64,000 nt of DNA. Source: Deltaproteobacteria bacterium GWA2_45_12 (GTDB taxonomy: Bacteria > UBA10199). The notes beneath the pieces were generated by a model that had not been told where the DNA came from, searched no databases, and worked only from the letters and a program-made list of their open reading frames with translations. A program made the translations under genes and the position numbers. Within the stretch, counting starts at the first letter, position 1, and every line of letters starts with the position of its first letter. The stretch is taken from positions 5,687 to 69,686 of the forward strand of contig MGPH01000028.1 of NCBI GenBank assembly GCA_001797365.1. The letters run 5' to 3'. Below, piece by piece: positions 56,120 through 64,000 of the stretch.

Positions 56120-58675
56120 TTACGTCAAGATTTTGTTGTAGGTAGATCTAACCTGATCCCTGTAGAGTTGCAAGGCCTGCCAGCAGTCATGGGCGTTTTT
56201 AAATCCCATGTTAAGGGCAATCTCTTCCATGTCCGGATCGTTGATTTTTAAACGATGAACAGACAATTCTTTTTTTAGAAAGACCTTGGCTTCAAAACTT
56301 CTGTAAAAAGTGTAGGCCTCTTTAAGGAGAAGGGCCTCGGTCTGGTTTTTGAGCAGGTTGAGTTCAAGGAGCCTGTCTAATCCTTCAAAAGTATTCTGGG
56401 TTCTTAGCGCGGCATATTCATGCCCGCAGATGAGTTGAAGGTATTGAAGCAGGAATTCAATATCCATGATGCCACCGCATCCCAATTTGAAGTCGATTTC
56501 ATTTTTGGATTCATGGGCCAGTTCTTTTTCAACACGCATGCGAAGACGGTTCATTTCATCTTTGATGCTTTCGGGGTATTTTTGATTGAACAAAAGAACC
56601 TTGATATTTTCCATGACAAAACGGTTGAAAGCGGCAGGGCCTATCATGGGATGGGCTCGCAGAAGGGCTTGTCGCTCCCAGATTTGGGAGGCGTTTTTCT
56701 GGTATTCCATGAACTGATGAAACGAAGTGACAAGCAGGCCCTGTTTTCCTGAAGGCCGCAATTCGGTGTCAACTTTATAGGCAAAGCCTTGGCGGGTCGT
56801 GACTGAAAGGACAAAAATAAATTTTTGGGCAAGCCGTGCAAAAAACTCCTGGTTGGAGATTATTTTTGGCCCTGTGGTTTCCCCTTCTTCGGAATAGATA
56901 AAGATAAGATCGAGGTCGGATCCATACCCCAATTCAAAGCCCCCAAATTTCCCCATGCCCATGGCGACTAATTCGGAAGGTTTGGGCGAGACATTGTTCT
57001 GTAAATATTGGGGAACCCCATAAATGGGTTTTAGCAGCTCAAATGAAAGTTCAAGACCTTTTTGGGCGATGGCTTCTGCCAGAAGCGAAAGCTTGAATGC
57101 CATTGTTTTTCTGGAAATACCCTTGAATCTTTCCAGTTTTATTATTTCAGCGATATGGTTTTTCTTGAATATTCTTAAAGCATCGAGATTTTCTTCCAAA
57201 TTCTTGGGAGCAAAAGAGAGCTCATTCATGGAATCGCGATAATGGTACAAGGGAATATCGATGGGGCGTTTTGTAAAGCGGGCTGGGACGGTTGTTGGGG
57301 CGTCATCTGCAAAGAGGCGGTTATAAATTTCATGATTTCTTTGAGTGGCTTTTTGGAGGTCTTGTTGAAAGTGAAAACTGGCTTCTTCCAACGAGTCATG
57401 CATATAGCCCATGCTTCGTGCGGCCTCACCAAGGCTTTGAGGTGAAAGATGGAGATCATGGGTTTGTGCCTCGTCCACCATTTGCAGGCGATGCTCCAGT
57501 TTTCTTAAGAAGAGATACGATTCCCTTAAATGTTTGGCATCCTCATTTCCGAGGAGTTTACTTTCTACAAGGGAAGCCAGAGCCTTTAAACTGTTACGAT
57601 GTCTTAATGATGGGATTCTTCCTCCATAAATAAGCAAAAAGGCCTGGATGAAAAACTCGATTTCACGAATGCCCCCCAGGCCTAGTTTCACATTATAAAT
57701 CTTTCCGGTTGATTTGGTGGCGGTGTTTATTTTTTGCTTGATGGATTGCACTTCTTGAATGCTGACCCAGTCCAAATGTTTGCGGTAAACGAAAGCGGTC
57801 ATGGTTTCCAAAAAATCTTCCCCCAGTTTTTGGTCCCCCAGACAAGGGGCTGCTTTAATATAAGCCTGTCTTTCCCAATTGGCTCCCACTGTCTCATAAT
57901 AGGTTTCCATGGAAAGTTTTGTCTGAATAAGGGCTCCGTCCCGTCCTTGGGGCCGCAAGTCCCAATCAACCCGATAAAAAAATCCGTTTTCGGTTCGGGT
58001 TTGAAGGGTATGTGTCAAATTTTGAAAATGACGACTAAAGAATTCCTTGGTGGAATATTTCCCCCCATAATCGAATTCGTTTTCGATGAAAGCAATAAGG
58101 TCAACGTCAGAACTATAATTGATTTCCATTCCTCCTAACTTCCCCATGGCCAGGGCATGGTAAGCACATTCATGGCCGTACTCATTGGTGGGCTTTCCCC
58201 ATTTTGCAACCGATTCTTCATAGGTTAGATGATTTATGGTTTGAAGAAGTAGATAACAAAGTGCTGATAATTCAGATAAAATCTCTTCCTGCGAAGTTCC
58301 ATTTAAATCTTTGAGAGTGAGGCGTAAGTATTCACGATATTTGTAGGTGCATAAAGCTTCCAAGCTGGAAGGAGATTTCTGGAGGAGGTTTTTGATTTCT
58401 TTTTTGATAACGGAAGCATCTTTAGGTTTACTTAAATAAGGGGAAGAAAAAAAAGTGTCAGCTTCGGCAGGGTTTTTTATGAGCCAAGCACTTAAAAAAT
58501 GGGAAGTCCCAAATATTTGTAACAGTTTGATATTATTTGATTTATTAGAATTGAAAGATTTTTTAACGTCACTTTTATAGCATTCTTGGAATTTCTCCCA
58601 ATCAAGAAAGGCCTCATGGGGGCGGGGGGATTTCTTAAAAACACTGTCGATATCATGATCTAAAACTTTTTTCAT
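56120..58675 (-). CDS. glnE: Bifunctional glutamine synthetase adenylyltransferase/removase (851 aa)
   Basis: Two NT domains: GKLGGMEINYSSDVDL...DLRPQG and GKFGGFELGYGSDLDL...ELRPSG; KLGxGGIxxIEF occurs twice. Confidence 0.9.
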   Translation of the reverse strand: MKKVLDHDIDSVFKKSPRPHEAFLDWEKFQECYKSDVKKSFNSNKSNNIKLLQIFGTSHFLSAWLIKNPAEADTFFSSPYLSKPKDASVIKKEIKNLLQKSPSSLEALCTYKYREYLRLTLKDLNGTSQEEILSELSALCYLLLQTINHLTYEESVAKWGKPTNEYGHECAYHALAMGKLGGMEINYSSDVDLIAFIENEFDYGGKYSTKEFFSRHFQNLTHTLQTRTENGFFYRVDWDLRPQGRDGALIQTKLSMETYYETVGANWERQAYIKAAPCLGDQKLGEDFLETMTAFVYRKHLDWVSIQEVQSIKQKINTATKSTGKIYNVKLGLGGIREIEFFIQAFLLIYGGRIPSLRHRNSLKALASLVESKLLGNEDAKHLRESYLFLRKLEHRLQMVDEAQTHDLHLSPQSLGEAARSMGYMHDSLEEASFHFQQDLQKATQRNHEIYNRLFADDAPTTVPARFTKRPIDIPLYHYRDSMNELSFAPKNLEENLDALRIFKKNHIAEIIKLERFKGISRKTMAFKLSLLAEAIAQKGLELSFELLKPIYGVPQYLQNNVSPKPSELVAMGMGKFGGFELGYGSDLDLIFIYSEEGETTGPKIISNQEFFARLAQKFIFVLSVTTRQGFAYKVDTELRPSGKQGLLVTSFHQFMEYQKNASQIWERQALLRAHPMIGPAAFNRFVMENIKVLLFNQKYPESIKDEMNRLRMRVEKELAHESKNEIDFKLGCGGIMDIEFLLQYLQLICGHEYAALRTQNTFEGLDRLLELNLLKNQTEALLLKEAYTFYRSFEAKVFLKKELSVHRLKINDPDMEEIALNMGFKNAHDCWQALQLYRDQVRSTYNKILT

Positions 58676-58697
58676 TTTAATCAACAAGAACAAAAAC

Positions 58698-58792
58698 TTG
58701 ATCCGTTTTTTATTTTTGCCCCTGGGGGCAGAAATAAAAAACGGATCAACCCTGAGCGATCCGCTGCGGAGAGTCGAAGGGTCGCTCAGGAT
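58698..58792. repeat. Composite nested element (second copy of 618-717)
   Basis: Long hairpin ttgatccgttttttatttttgcccc/gggggcagaaataaaaacggatcaa, then ccctgagcga[tccgctgcgga]gagtcgaagggtcgctcaggat. Confidence 0.8.
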
Positions 58793-58983
58793 TAAAAAAT
58801 ATTTTGTGAATATGTCACAATAAGTCAAAAAAGAGTCTATCACAACTATCTGACATAGTTCGAGAATTTTATACTTTAATGCACTGCGATAGAAGAGAAT
58901 AGAATTGTTGATAATTTGTCAGTGACAATAAATCGTCAAAAATTGTACACTTAGCCTTGTTGTGGGGGGAGGGGGAGAGGTTA

Positions 58984-60237
58984 GTGAATAAGGGGGAATT
59001 CCATTCTATTGTTGAAGGGGTTGGTGTTTTTGGTGAGCCCGAGTTTGCGGCTTACTTTCAACGACTCTTTGAAAACGAACCCATTTCATTTGATTCTTTT
59101 ACTAGTCTTCCTGATTTTTTTTCATTTATTACAAACCAGCATCCCCGGTTGATTATCATCAATGGGTCTCATTTTTCCCAGTTAGAAAATTTTGAAAACT
59201 TTTCGCAATTAAAAGCTTATCTAGATCAGATGAAGATTGTAAGTCTTGTGATCACAAAAACAGTGAAAGAAATTAATCAATGGCGTAGTTTGAATTGGCC
59301 AAATATCCGTTTTTATAACGGTTCGATTATTTCCCAAAATTTGAAACAAAAAGTAAAAAATATGATGCAGGAAAGACTATTTTTGGAAAAGCCTTCTTTG
59401 GCCATCATCAGCAAACAGGCCTATTTGAGCACCCAAGTGGAACTTATTTTAAAGAACTATGGTTTCAGGATTCATTCAACCATGCCCCCTTCCTCCAAAG
59501 AGAAAATAATGGCCATGACCAGTGAGGGATTGGATGGCATTTTATGGGATGTTCAGGCCTGGAACGAGAATAGCCAGGGGATTGTTTCACAAATGAATGA
59601 ACAAATGCCCCATCAAAAGATTCCCATTATTTTTGTTTCGGAGGCTCCCGTTTTTAACAAGGACAAACTGAAAAATGATGCGGTTTGCATTCGTCATGAA
59701 AAAGAACTGATAAGTCGTATTTATCAAGATTTAACCGTTTCAGAAACCCCGGAAGTCGTTAGGTTGCGCGATGAACAAACAGGTCTCTACTTGCCTGCCA
59801 TTTTCTTTGGACTGGCAGAGCGTGAAATGAGGATGGCGGCCAAGCATCGTGAAGAAATGGCGATCATTAAATTGACCATTGATAATTTAGGAGCCTTGGC
59901 CGATGAGTACGGGCCCATTTTTACGGCAAGTCTTGTCAATAACTTGGGGTTGTTTATCAAGAACAGGGTTCGTCATACCGACTTGGTGGCCAAAGGAGAA
60001 ACAGGGCATGCCCTCCTTATGCTTAATCGTGTGACACCTGATCTGGCCAATTTGGTTGCCGAAAAATTGCGTAATCAATTTAAAAGCATTGCCTCCTTTG
60101 ATGGGAAGGTCAGTTTTTGTCCGGAACTTCGTTACGAAGTGATTTGTTTCCCACGTGATTTTGCGTCCATTGAAGAAGCCAAACAACTTTTCCAAACAGC
60201 TTTTCCCGGTATTTTATGCCAGCCAGCCCTGGCTTGA
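58984..60237 (+). CDS. Signalling protein: pseudo-receiver-like domains plus a degenerate GGDEF domain; start uncertain
   Basis: RDEQTGLY, IDNL...YG, RHTDLVAK; the GGDEF position reads GETGH. Confidence 0.65.
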   Translation: MNKGEFHSIVEGVGVFGEPEFAAYFQRLFENEPISFDSFTSLPDFFSFITNQHPRLIIINGSHFSQLENFENFSQLKAYLDQMKIVSLVITKTVKEINQWRSLNWPNIRFYNGSIISQNLKQKVKNMMQERLFLEKPSLAIISKQAYLSTQVELILKNYGFRIHSTMPPSSKEKIMAMTSEGLDGILWDVQAWNENSQGIVSQMNEQMPHQKIPIIFVSEAPVFNKDKLKNDAVCIRHEKELISRIYQDLTVSETPEVVRLRDEQTGLYLPAIFFGLAEREMRMAAKHREEMAIIKLTIDNLGALADEYGPIFTASLVNNLGLFIKNRVRHTDLVAKGETGHALLMLNRVTPDLANLVAEKLRNQFKSIASFDGKVSFCPELRYEVICFPRDFASIEEAKQLFQTAFPGILCQPALA

Positions 60238-60333
60238 CAGCCGTTGTTCTTCCTGACTATAAAGCTCTTCGTGAGATTACCCTTTTTAAAAGATTTTATT
60301 GGTCGTTTTCAAAAGACGGATCATCATTTAACC

Positions 60334-61002
60334 ATGGAAACAAACAGTCAAACCGAAGATGTGTGTGTATTTCCGCTCCCCAATGTTGTTTTATTACCGG
60401 GGGTCGTGTTGCCGTTGCATATTTTTGAGGACCGCTACAAGCAAATGACTGATGAGGCGATTACCACGAGCACTCCAGTAGCGCTTAGCTTAAGCCGGGC
60501 TCTCCCTAACGGAGAAAAACAGAACAGCACCATATGTGGCGCCGGGAAAATAAATATCATTCAATACTATCCCGATGGCCGCAAAGATGTCTGTGTGGAA
60601 GGGGTGAAGCGGTTAAAAATTGTGGAGTACATCCAAAAAGAACCTTATTTAAAGGCCAAGGCCTGCCAGCTTACCGATATTCCTTTTGCCAACCAGATCC
60701 TTGAAAATCAGTATAAAAGAGAGCTTTCCCTTTTGGCTAAACGCTGGGTCTTTTTAAATCCCGATTTGCAAGATCATCTTATGGACTATGTAAACATCTT
60801 TAAAACGCCGCATCATTTGGCTGATTTTATCGCTTTTTATTTTTTACCTTCGCCCAAAGAAAAACAAAATCTGCTCGAAATGCTGGATTGTACCCGGCGT
60901 GTTGAAAAAATGATGGGGTTTCTTGAAGGCCAGATCAGGAAATTTGAGCAGCAGGATCACACCAACATCAATCATGGGGCCCCGGTTAAAATTTTGCACT
61001 AG
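60334..61002 (+). CDS. Stand-alone LON peptidase N-terminal domain protein
   Basis: VFPLPNVVLLPGVVLPLHIFEDRYKQM, PDGR, EKQNLLE; TTGACA-18-TATAAA at 60234-60263. Confidence 0.88.
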   Translation: METNSQTEDVCVFPLPNVVLLPGVVLPLHIFEDRYKQMTDEAITTSTPVALSLSRALPNGEKQNSTICGAGKINIIQYYPDGRKDVCVEGVKRLKIVEYIQKEPYLKAKACQLTDIPFANQILENQYKRELSLLAKRWVFLNPDLQDHLMDYVNIFKTPHHLADFIAFYFLPSPKEKQNLLEMLDCTRRVEKMMGFLEGQIRKFEQQDHTNINHGAPVKILH

Positions 61003-61007
61003 TCCTC

Positions 61008-62084
61008 ATGAGTTCAATTATTTCACAAGTTAAAAAAAATATTCTGGAAGGGAAGCGCCTTACCGAAGCAGAAGCCCTATCCCTTTATTCTGTTGATAAT
61101 ATCTTTGAACTGGGCAGGTTAGCCAACGTGGTTCGGGAAAATATTCATCAAGACAAGACTTATTACATTGTGAATCGCCATATTGATTATTCCAATGTGT
61201 GCGCGATTAAGTGTAAATTTTGTGCTTTTGCCAAGAAAAAGGGTGAGGAAGGCAGCTTTGAATTTTCCATTGATGAAATTGTTCGCCGTGCCAAGGAAGG
61301 CTTGGTACGCGGCATTACCGAGGTTCATATTGTGGGTGGTTTTCATCCAACCCATCCCTGGGAATTTTATACGGGTCTGATGCGGGCTTTAAAAAAAGAG
61401 ACACCCTCCATTCATGTAAAGGCTTTTACAGCAGCAGAGATTCGTTATTTTTCCAAAAAATTTCGAAAAACGGAACGGCAGGTTTTTGAAGAATTGTTGC
61501 GGGCGGGGCTTGATTCCATGCCTGGTGGGGGGGCTGAAATTTTTGACGAGGAAGTGCGTAAGGAAATTTGCGGCCCAAAAGGGTCTGCCGAACACTGGAT
61601 TACAACCCACAAATTAGCCCATAGCCTGGGCTTAAAAACCAATGCGACCATGCTTTATGGACATGTAGAACAATTAAAGCACCGCATTGACCATATGAGA
61701 CGCATTCGCCAGCTTCAGGATGAAACAGAAGGTTTTTTGTCCTTTATTCCTTTGGCGTTTAACCCCAAAGATACCGAATACGAAGCCAAGGGCTATACAA
61801 GCGCCATTGACGACTTAAAAACCCTGGCCATTGCCCGTTTGTATATGGATAATGTTCGCCATATCAAAGCGTATTGGGTGATGTCGGGGGTGGACACAGC
61901 CCAAATGGCGCAGTCTTTTGGTGCCGATGATTTTCATGGCACCGTCATTGATGAAAACATCACACACATGGCGGGAGCCACCAGTCCGGAAGATTTACCC
62001 GAAGCAAATATTATCAAACTCATCCGCGAAGCAGGCCGCAGACCGGTTCAGCGCGATTCTTTATATCGCGAAATTATAATCTGA
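61008..62084 (+). CDS. mqnE: Aminofutalosine synthase (radical SAM, CofH/MqnE family)
   Basis: CAIKCKFC, EVHIVGG, HVKAFTAAEI, MPGGGAEIF, NATMLYGHVE, HIKAYWVM. Confidence 0.85.
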   Translation: MSSIISQVKKNILEGKRLTEAEALSLYSVDNIFELGRLANVVRENIHQDKTYYIVNRHIDYSNVCAIKCKFCAFAKKKGEEGSFEFSIDEIVRRAKEGLVRGITEVHIVGGFHPTHPWEFYTGLMRALKKETPSIHVKAFTAAEIRYFSKKFRKTERQVFEELLRAGLDSMPGGGAEIFDEEVRKEICGPKGSAEHWITTHKLAHSLGLKTNATMLYGHVEQLKHRIDHMRRIRQLQDETEGFLSFIPLAFNPKDTEYEAKGYTSAIDDLKTLAIARLYMDNVRHIKAYWVMSGVDTAQMAQSFGADDFHGTVIDENITHMAGATSPEDLPEANIIKLIREAGRRPVQRDSLYREIII

Positions 62085-62118
62085 TTCAGCGCGATTCTTT
62101 CTCGCATTGTAACTGGTT

Positions 62119-62237
62119 GGACATGGTGAGCCCCGTCGAACCATGATTCTTGATATAAATGAGCCAATATTATCCCAGAATGACCCTTCGATCACCGCGT
62201 AGCGGGACCCCGTATGCGGGGCAAGCTCAGGGTGTCC
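62119..62237. repeat. Doublet matching 38188-38288, including the nested module
   Basis: ggacatggtgagccccgtcgaaccatgattc ... cccttcga[tcaccgcgtagcgggaccccgtatgcgggg]caagctcagggtgtcc. Confidence 0.85.
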
Positions 62238-62307
62238 TTGTTAGAAAGTGCTGACTGGTTATCTCGCATTATATTATGTAAACTTAGGCCTGTCTTAAAA
62301 CAGCCTA

Positions 62308-62335
62308 AGTTTACATAATATATATTATACGACAT
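62308..62335 (-). other. dif-type XerCD recombination site
   Basis: Minus strand ATGTCGTATAA-TATATA-TTATGTAAACT has the 11-6-11 layout of E. coli dif GGTGCGCATAA-TGTATA-TTATGTTAAAT. Confidence 0.75.
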
Positions 62336-62354
62336 AACATTTGTCGGAATTTAT

Positions 62355-64000
62355 ATGAGCCATTTTCAAAGCCCGCTCACTCTTTACAAAGCTTCTCCGG
62401 AAATATTTCAAAATTTAAATGAAGCGATTGATAAAGCTTCTTCTTTGATGCTTTCCCACCAAAGTGCCGATGGTTATTGGTGGTATACCCTTGAAGCCAA
62501 TGAATCGATTAACGCGGCCAGTATTTTTCTGATGCATTATTTAAATGCGGTTGATTTGGGGTTTCAAGACCAGCTGGCAAATCGTATAAAAGCTTCCCAG
62601 ACCTTAGATGGTTCCTGGCCCACCTATTTTGAAGGCCCGGGCGATCTAAGTAATACGATGGAATGCTATTTTGCCCTCAAATTATCAGGCCTATCGCCCC
62701 AAGACCCGGTTATGGTGAAAGCCCAGGAGTTTGTCCGAAATCATGGAGGGCTTTCACAGTGCCGTATTTTTACCCGTATTACATTGGCCCAGTTTGGAAT
62801 TATTCCCTGGAATGCATGCCCAGCCATGCCCGTATGGTTTATCATGGCGCCCAATAAATTTTCGGTTAATATCTATGAATTTTCCAGTTGGGCCAGGGCC
62901 ACCATTGTTCCTTTGCTGATCATTCTGGATCAAAAACGGATTCACAAATTACCGGATGGATTTCTTGATGAACTTGTTTGTGAAGAGCAAATTTCGTGGG
63001 CTTTTAAAGGTTCTTCAAGCCCTTCCTTACTTGAAAAGGCACTCTTATTTAACGACAAAATACTTAAGTATTTCAATAATTTAAATATAATTCCTTTAAG
63101 AAAAAGATCATTGTTGAGGTGTGAAACTTGGATCCGTAAGCATGTTGACCGAACTGAAGACATTTTTCCGGCTTTAGCCAATGCAGCCATGGCTCTTTTT
63201 AGTTTGGGATACCCCCTTTCAGACCCAGGCATTCAAAAATGTCTCCATGCCTTAAAAAAATTTCGCATAGCCCTTCCTCATGCCGCCCTCATTGGTGAAC
63301 TTCCCGAAAAAATCAACATCCCCCAACATGGGAGCTATCAGCAATGCTGTGTTTCCCCTGTTTGGGACACTCCTTGGATGGGAATGGCGCTTTTAGAGGC
63401 AGGTTTGGGGGAGAAAAATCCCTCTTTAATAAAAGCAGCTCGCTGGCTTATTTCAAAACAAATTCTCAATGTGTATGGGGACTGGGCTGTTAAAAATAAA
63501 AACGCATTGGCAGGAGGATGGTCTTTTGAATTTGAAAACGATTATTTTCCTGATGTGGATGACACCATTGAAGTACTTCTTTTTTTGCAAAAGATGGGAC
63601 TTAACCCCGATGAATTAAAAACTCCTCTTAGCCGGGGTTTAAGTTGGGTCCTTTCCATGCAATCCAAAAACGGAGGTTGGGCCGCTTTTGATAAGGACAA
63701 TACCAAAGAAATTTTAAACCAAATCCCCTTTTCTGATTACAAAGCCTGTCTGGATCAACCTTCTGCCGATATCACCGCACGCATGCTTGAACTTTTATCG
63801 CAAAATGGTTTTACAAAAAATTCTTCCGTGGTCTCCAAGGCCATTGCCTTTTTGGAAAAGGAGCAGCATTCCAGTGGTGCTTGGTTGGGTCGTTGGGGAG
63901 TCAATTATATTTATGGTACCTGGTGTGTGTTGCAGGGTTTAAGGGCCATTGGCTATGATATGCAATCTGAAAGGATTCAAAAAGCCGTTTTATGGCTTAA
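62355..64000 (+). CDS. shc: Squalene-hopene cyclase, 3' truncated by the window edge (missing from the ORF track)
   Basis: Read by hand: QSADGYW, ECYFALKLSG, SSWARAT, SPVWDT, GGWSFEFENDYFPDVDDT, GGWAAFD, GRWGVNYIYGT. Confidence 0.93.
   Translation, partial: MSHFQSPLTLYKASPEIFQNLNEAIDKASSLMLSHQSADGYWWYTLEANESINAASIFLMHYLNAVDLGFQDQLANRIKASQTLDGSWPTYFEGPGDLSNTMECYFALKLSGLSPQDPVMVKAQEFVRNHGGLSQCRIFTRITLAQFGIIPWNACPAMPVWFIMAPNKFSVNIYEFSSWARATIVPLLIILDQKRIHKLPDGFLDELVCEEQISWAFKGSSSPSLLEKALLFNDKILKYFNNLNIIPLRKRSLLRCETWIRKHVDRTEDIFPALANAAMALFSLGYPLSDPGIQKCLHALKKFRIALPHAALIGELPEKINIPQHGSYQQCCVSPVWDTPWMGMALLEAGLGEKNPSLIKAARWLISKQILNVYGDWAVKNKNALAGGWSFEFENDYFPDVDDTIEVLLFLQKMGLNPDELKTPLSRGLSWVLSMQSKNGGWAAFDKDNTKEILNQIPFSDYKACLDQPSADITARMLELLSQNGFTKNSSVVSKAIAFLEKEQHSSGAWLGRWGVNYIYGTWCVLQGLRAIGYDMQSERIQKAVLWL

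Noticed and set aside
62663..63232. Short ORFs listed in the track
   Set aside because: They lie inside the shc frame, which the track missed because it has no stop codon in the window
1..64000. Transposase, RAYT, reverse transcriptase or prophage genes
   Set aside because: No ORF with recognisable HUH/Y1, DDE, RT or phage structural motifs was found; any mobiliser of the repeats must lie outside the window

Overview
Chromosomal DNA of a moderately AT-rich bacterium whose gene order looks deltaproteobacterial (TetR-etfBA-xerC-hslVU-argBDFG, gltBD, recG-lipA, dnaK/typA/dnaJ, MoxR-Bat operon, glnE-gshA, mqnE, partial shc; tRNA-Pro(GGG); an MNT-HEPN toxin-antitoxin pair at the left edge). Most proteins are housekeeping. 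The unusual content is mostly non-coding. (1) At least six families of short palindromic REP-like elements occupy most intergenic gaps. They nest inside themselves and each other at fixed positions, sit in-frame inside at least four genes, and supply the stop codons of lipB and argF; no mobilising enzyme is visible in the window. (2) The 3' end of the tRNA is tandemly repeated, with a 15-nt T-arm segment replaced by a 15-nt palindromic module. (3) A well-formed dif-type XerCD site near 62.3 kb is paired with an inverted degenerate copy in one long hairpin. (4) Two orphan Cys-rich lipoprotein genes each have a sigma-54-type promoter. (5) Several small envelope/lipid operons have unknown chemistry. 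All calls come from motif recognition by eye; no searches were run.
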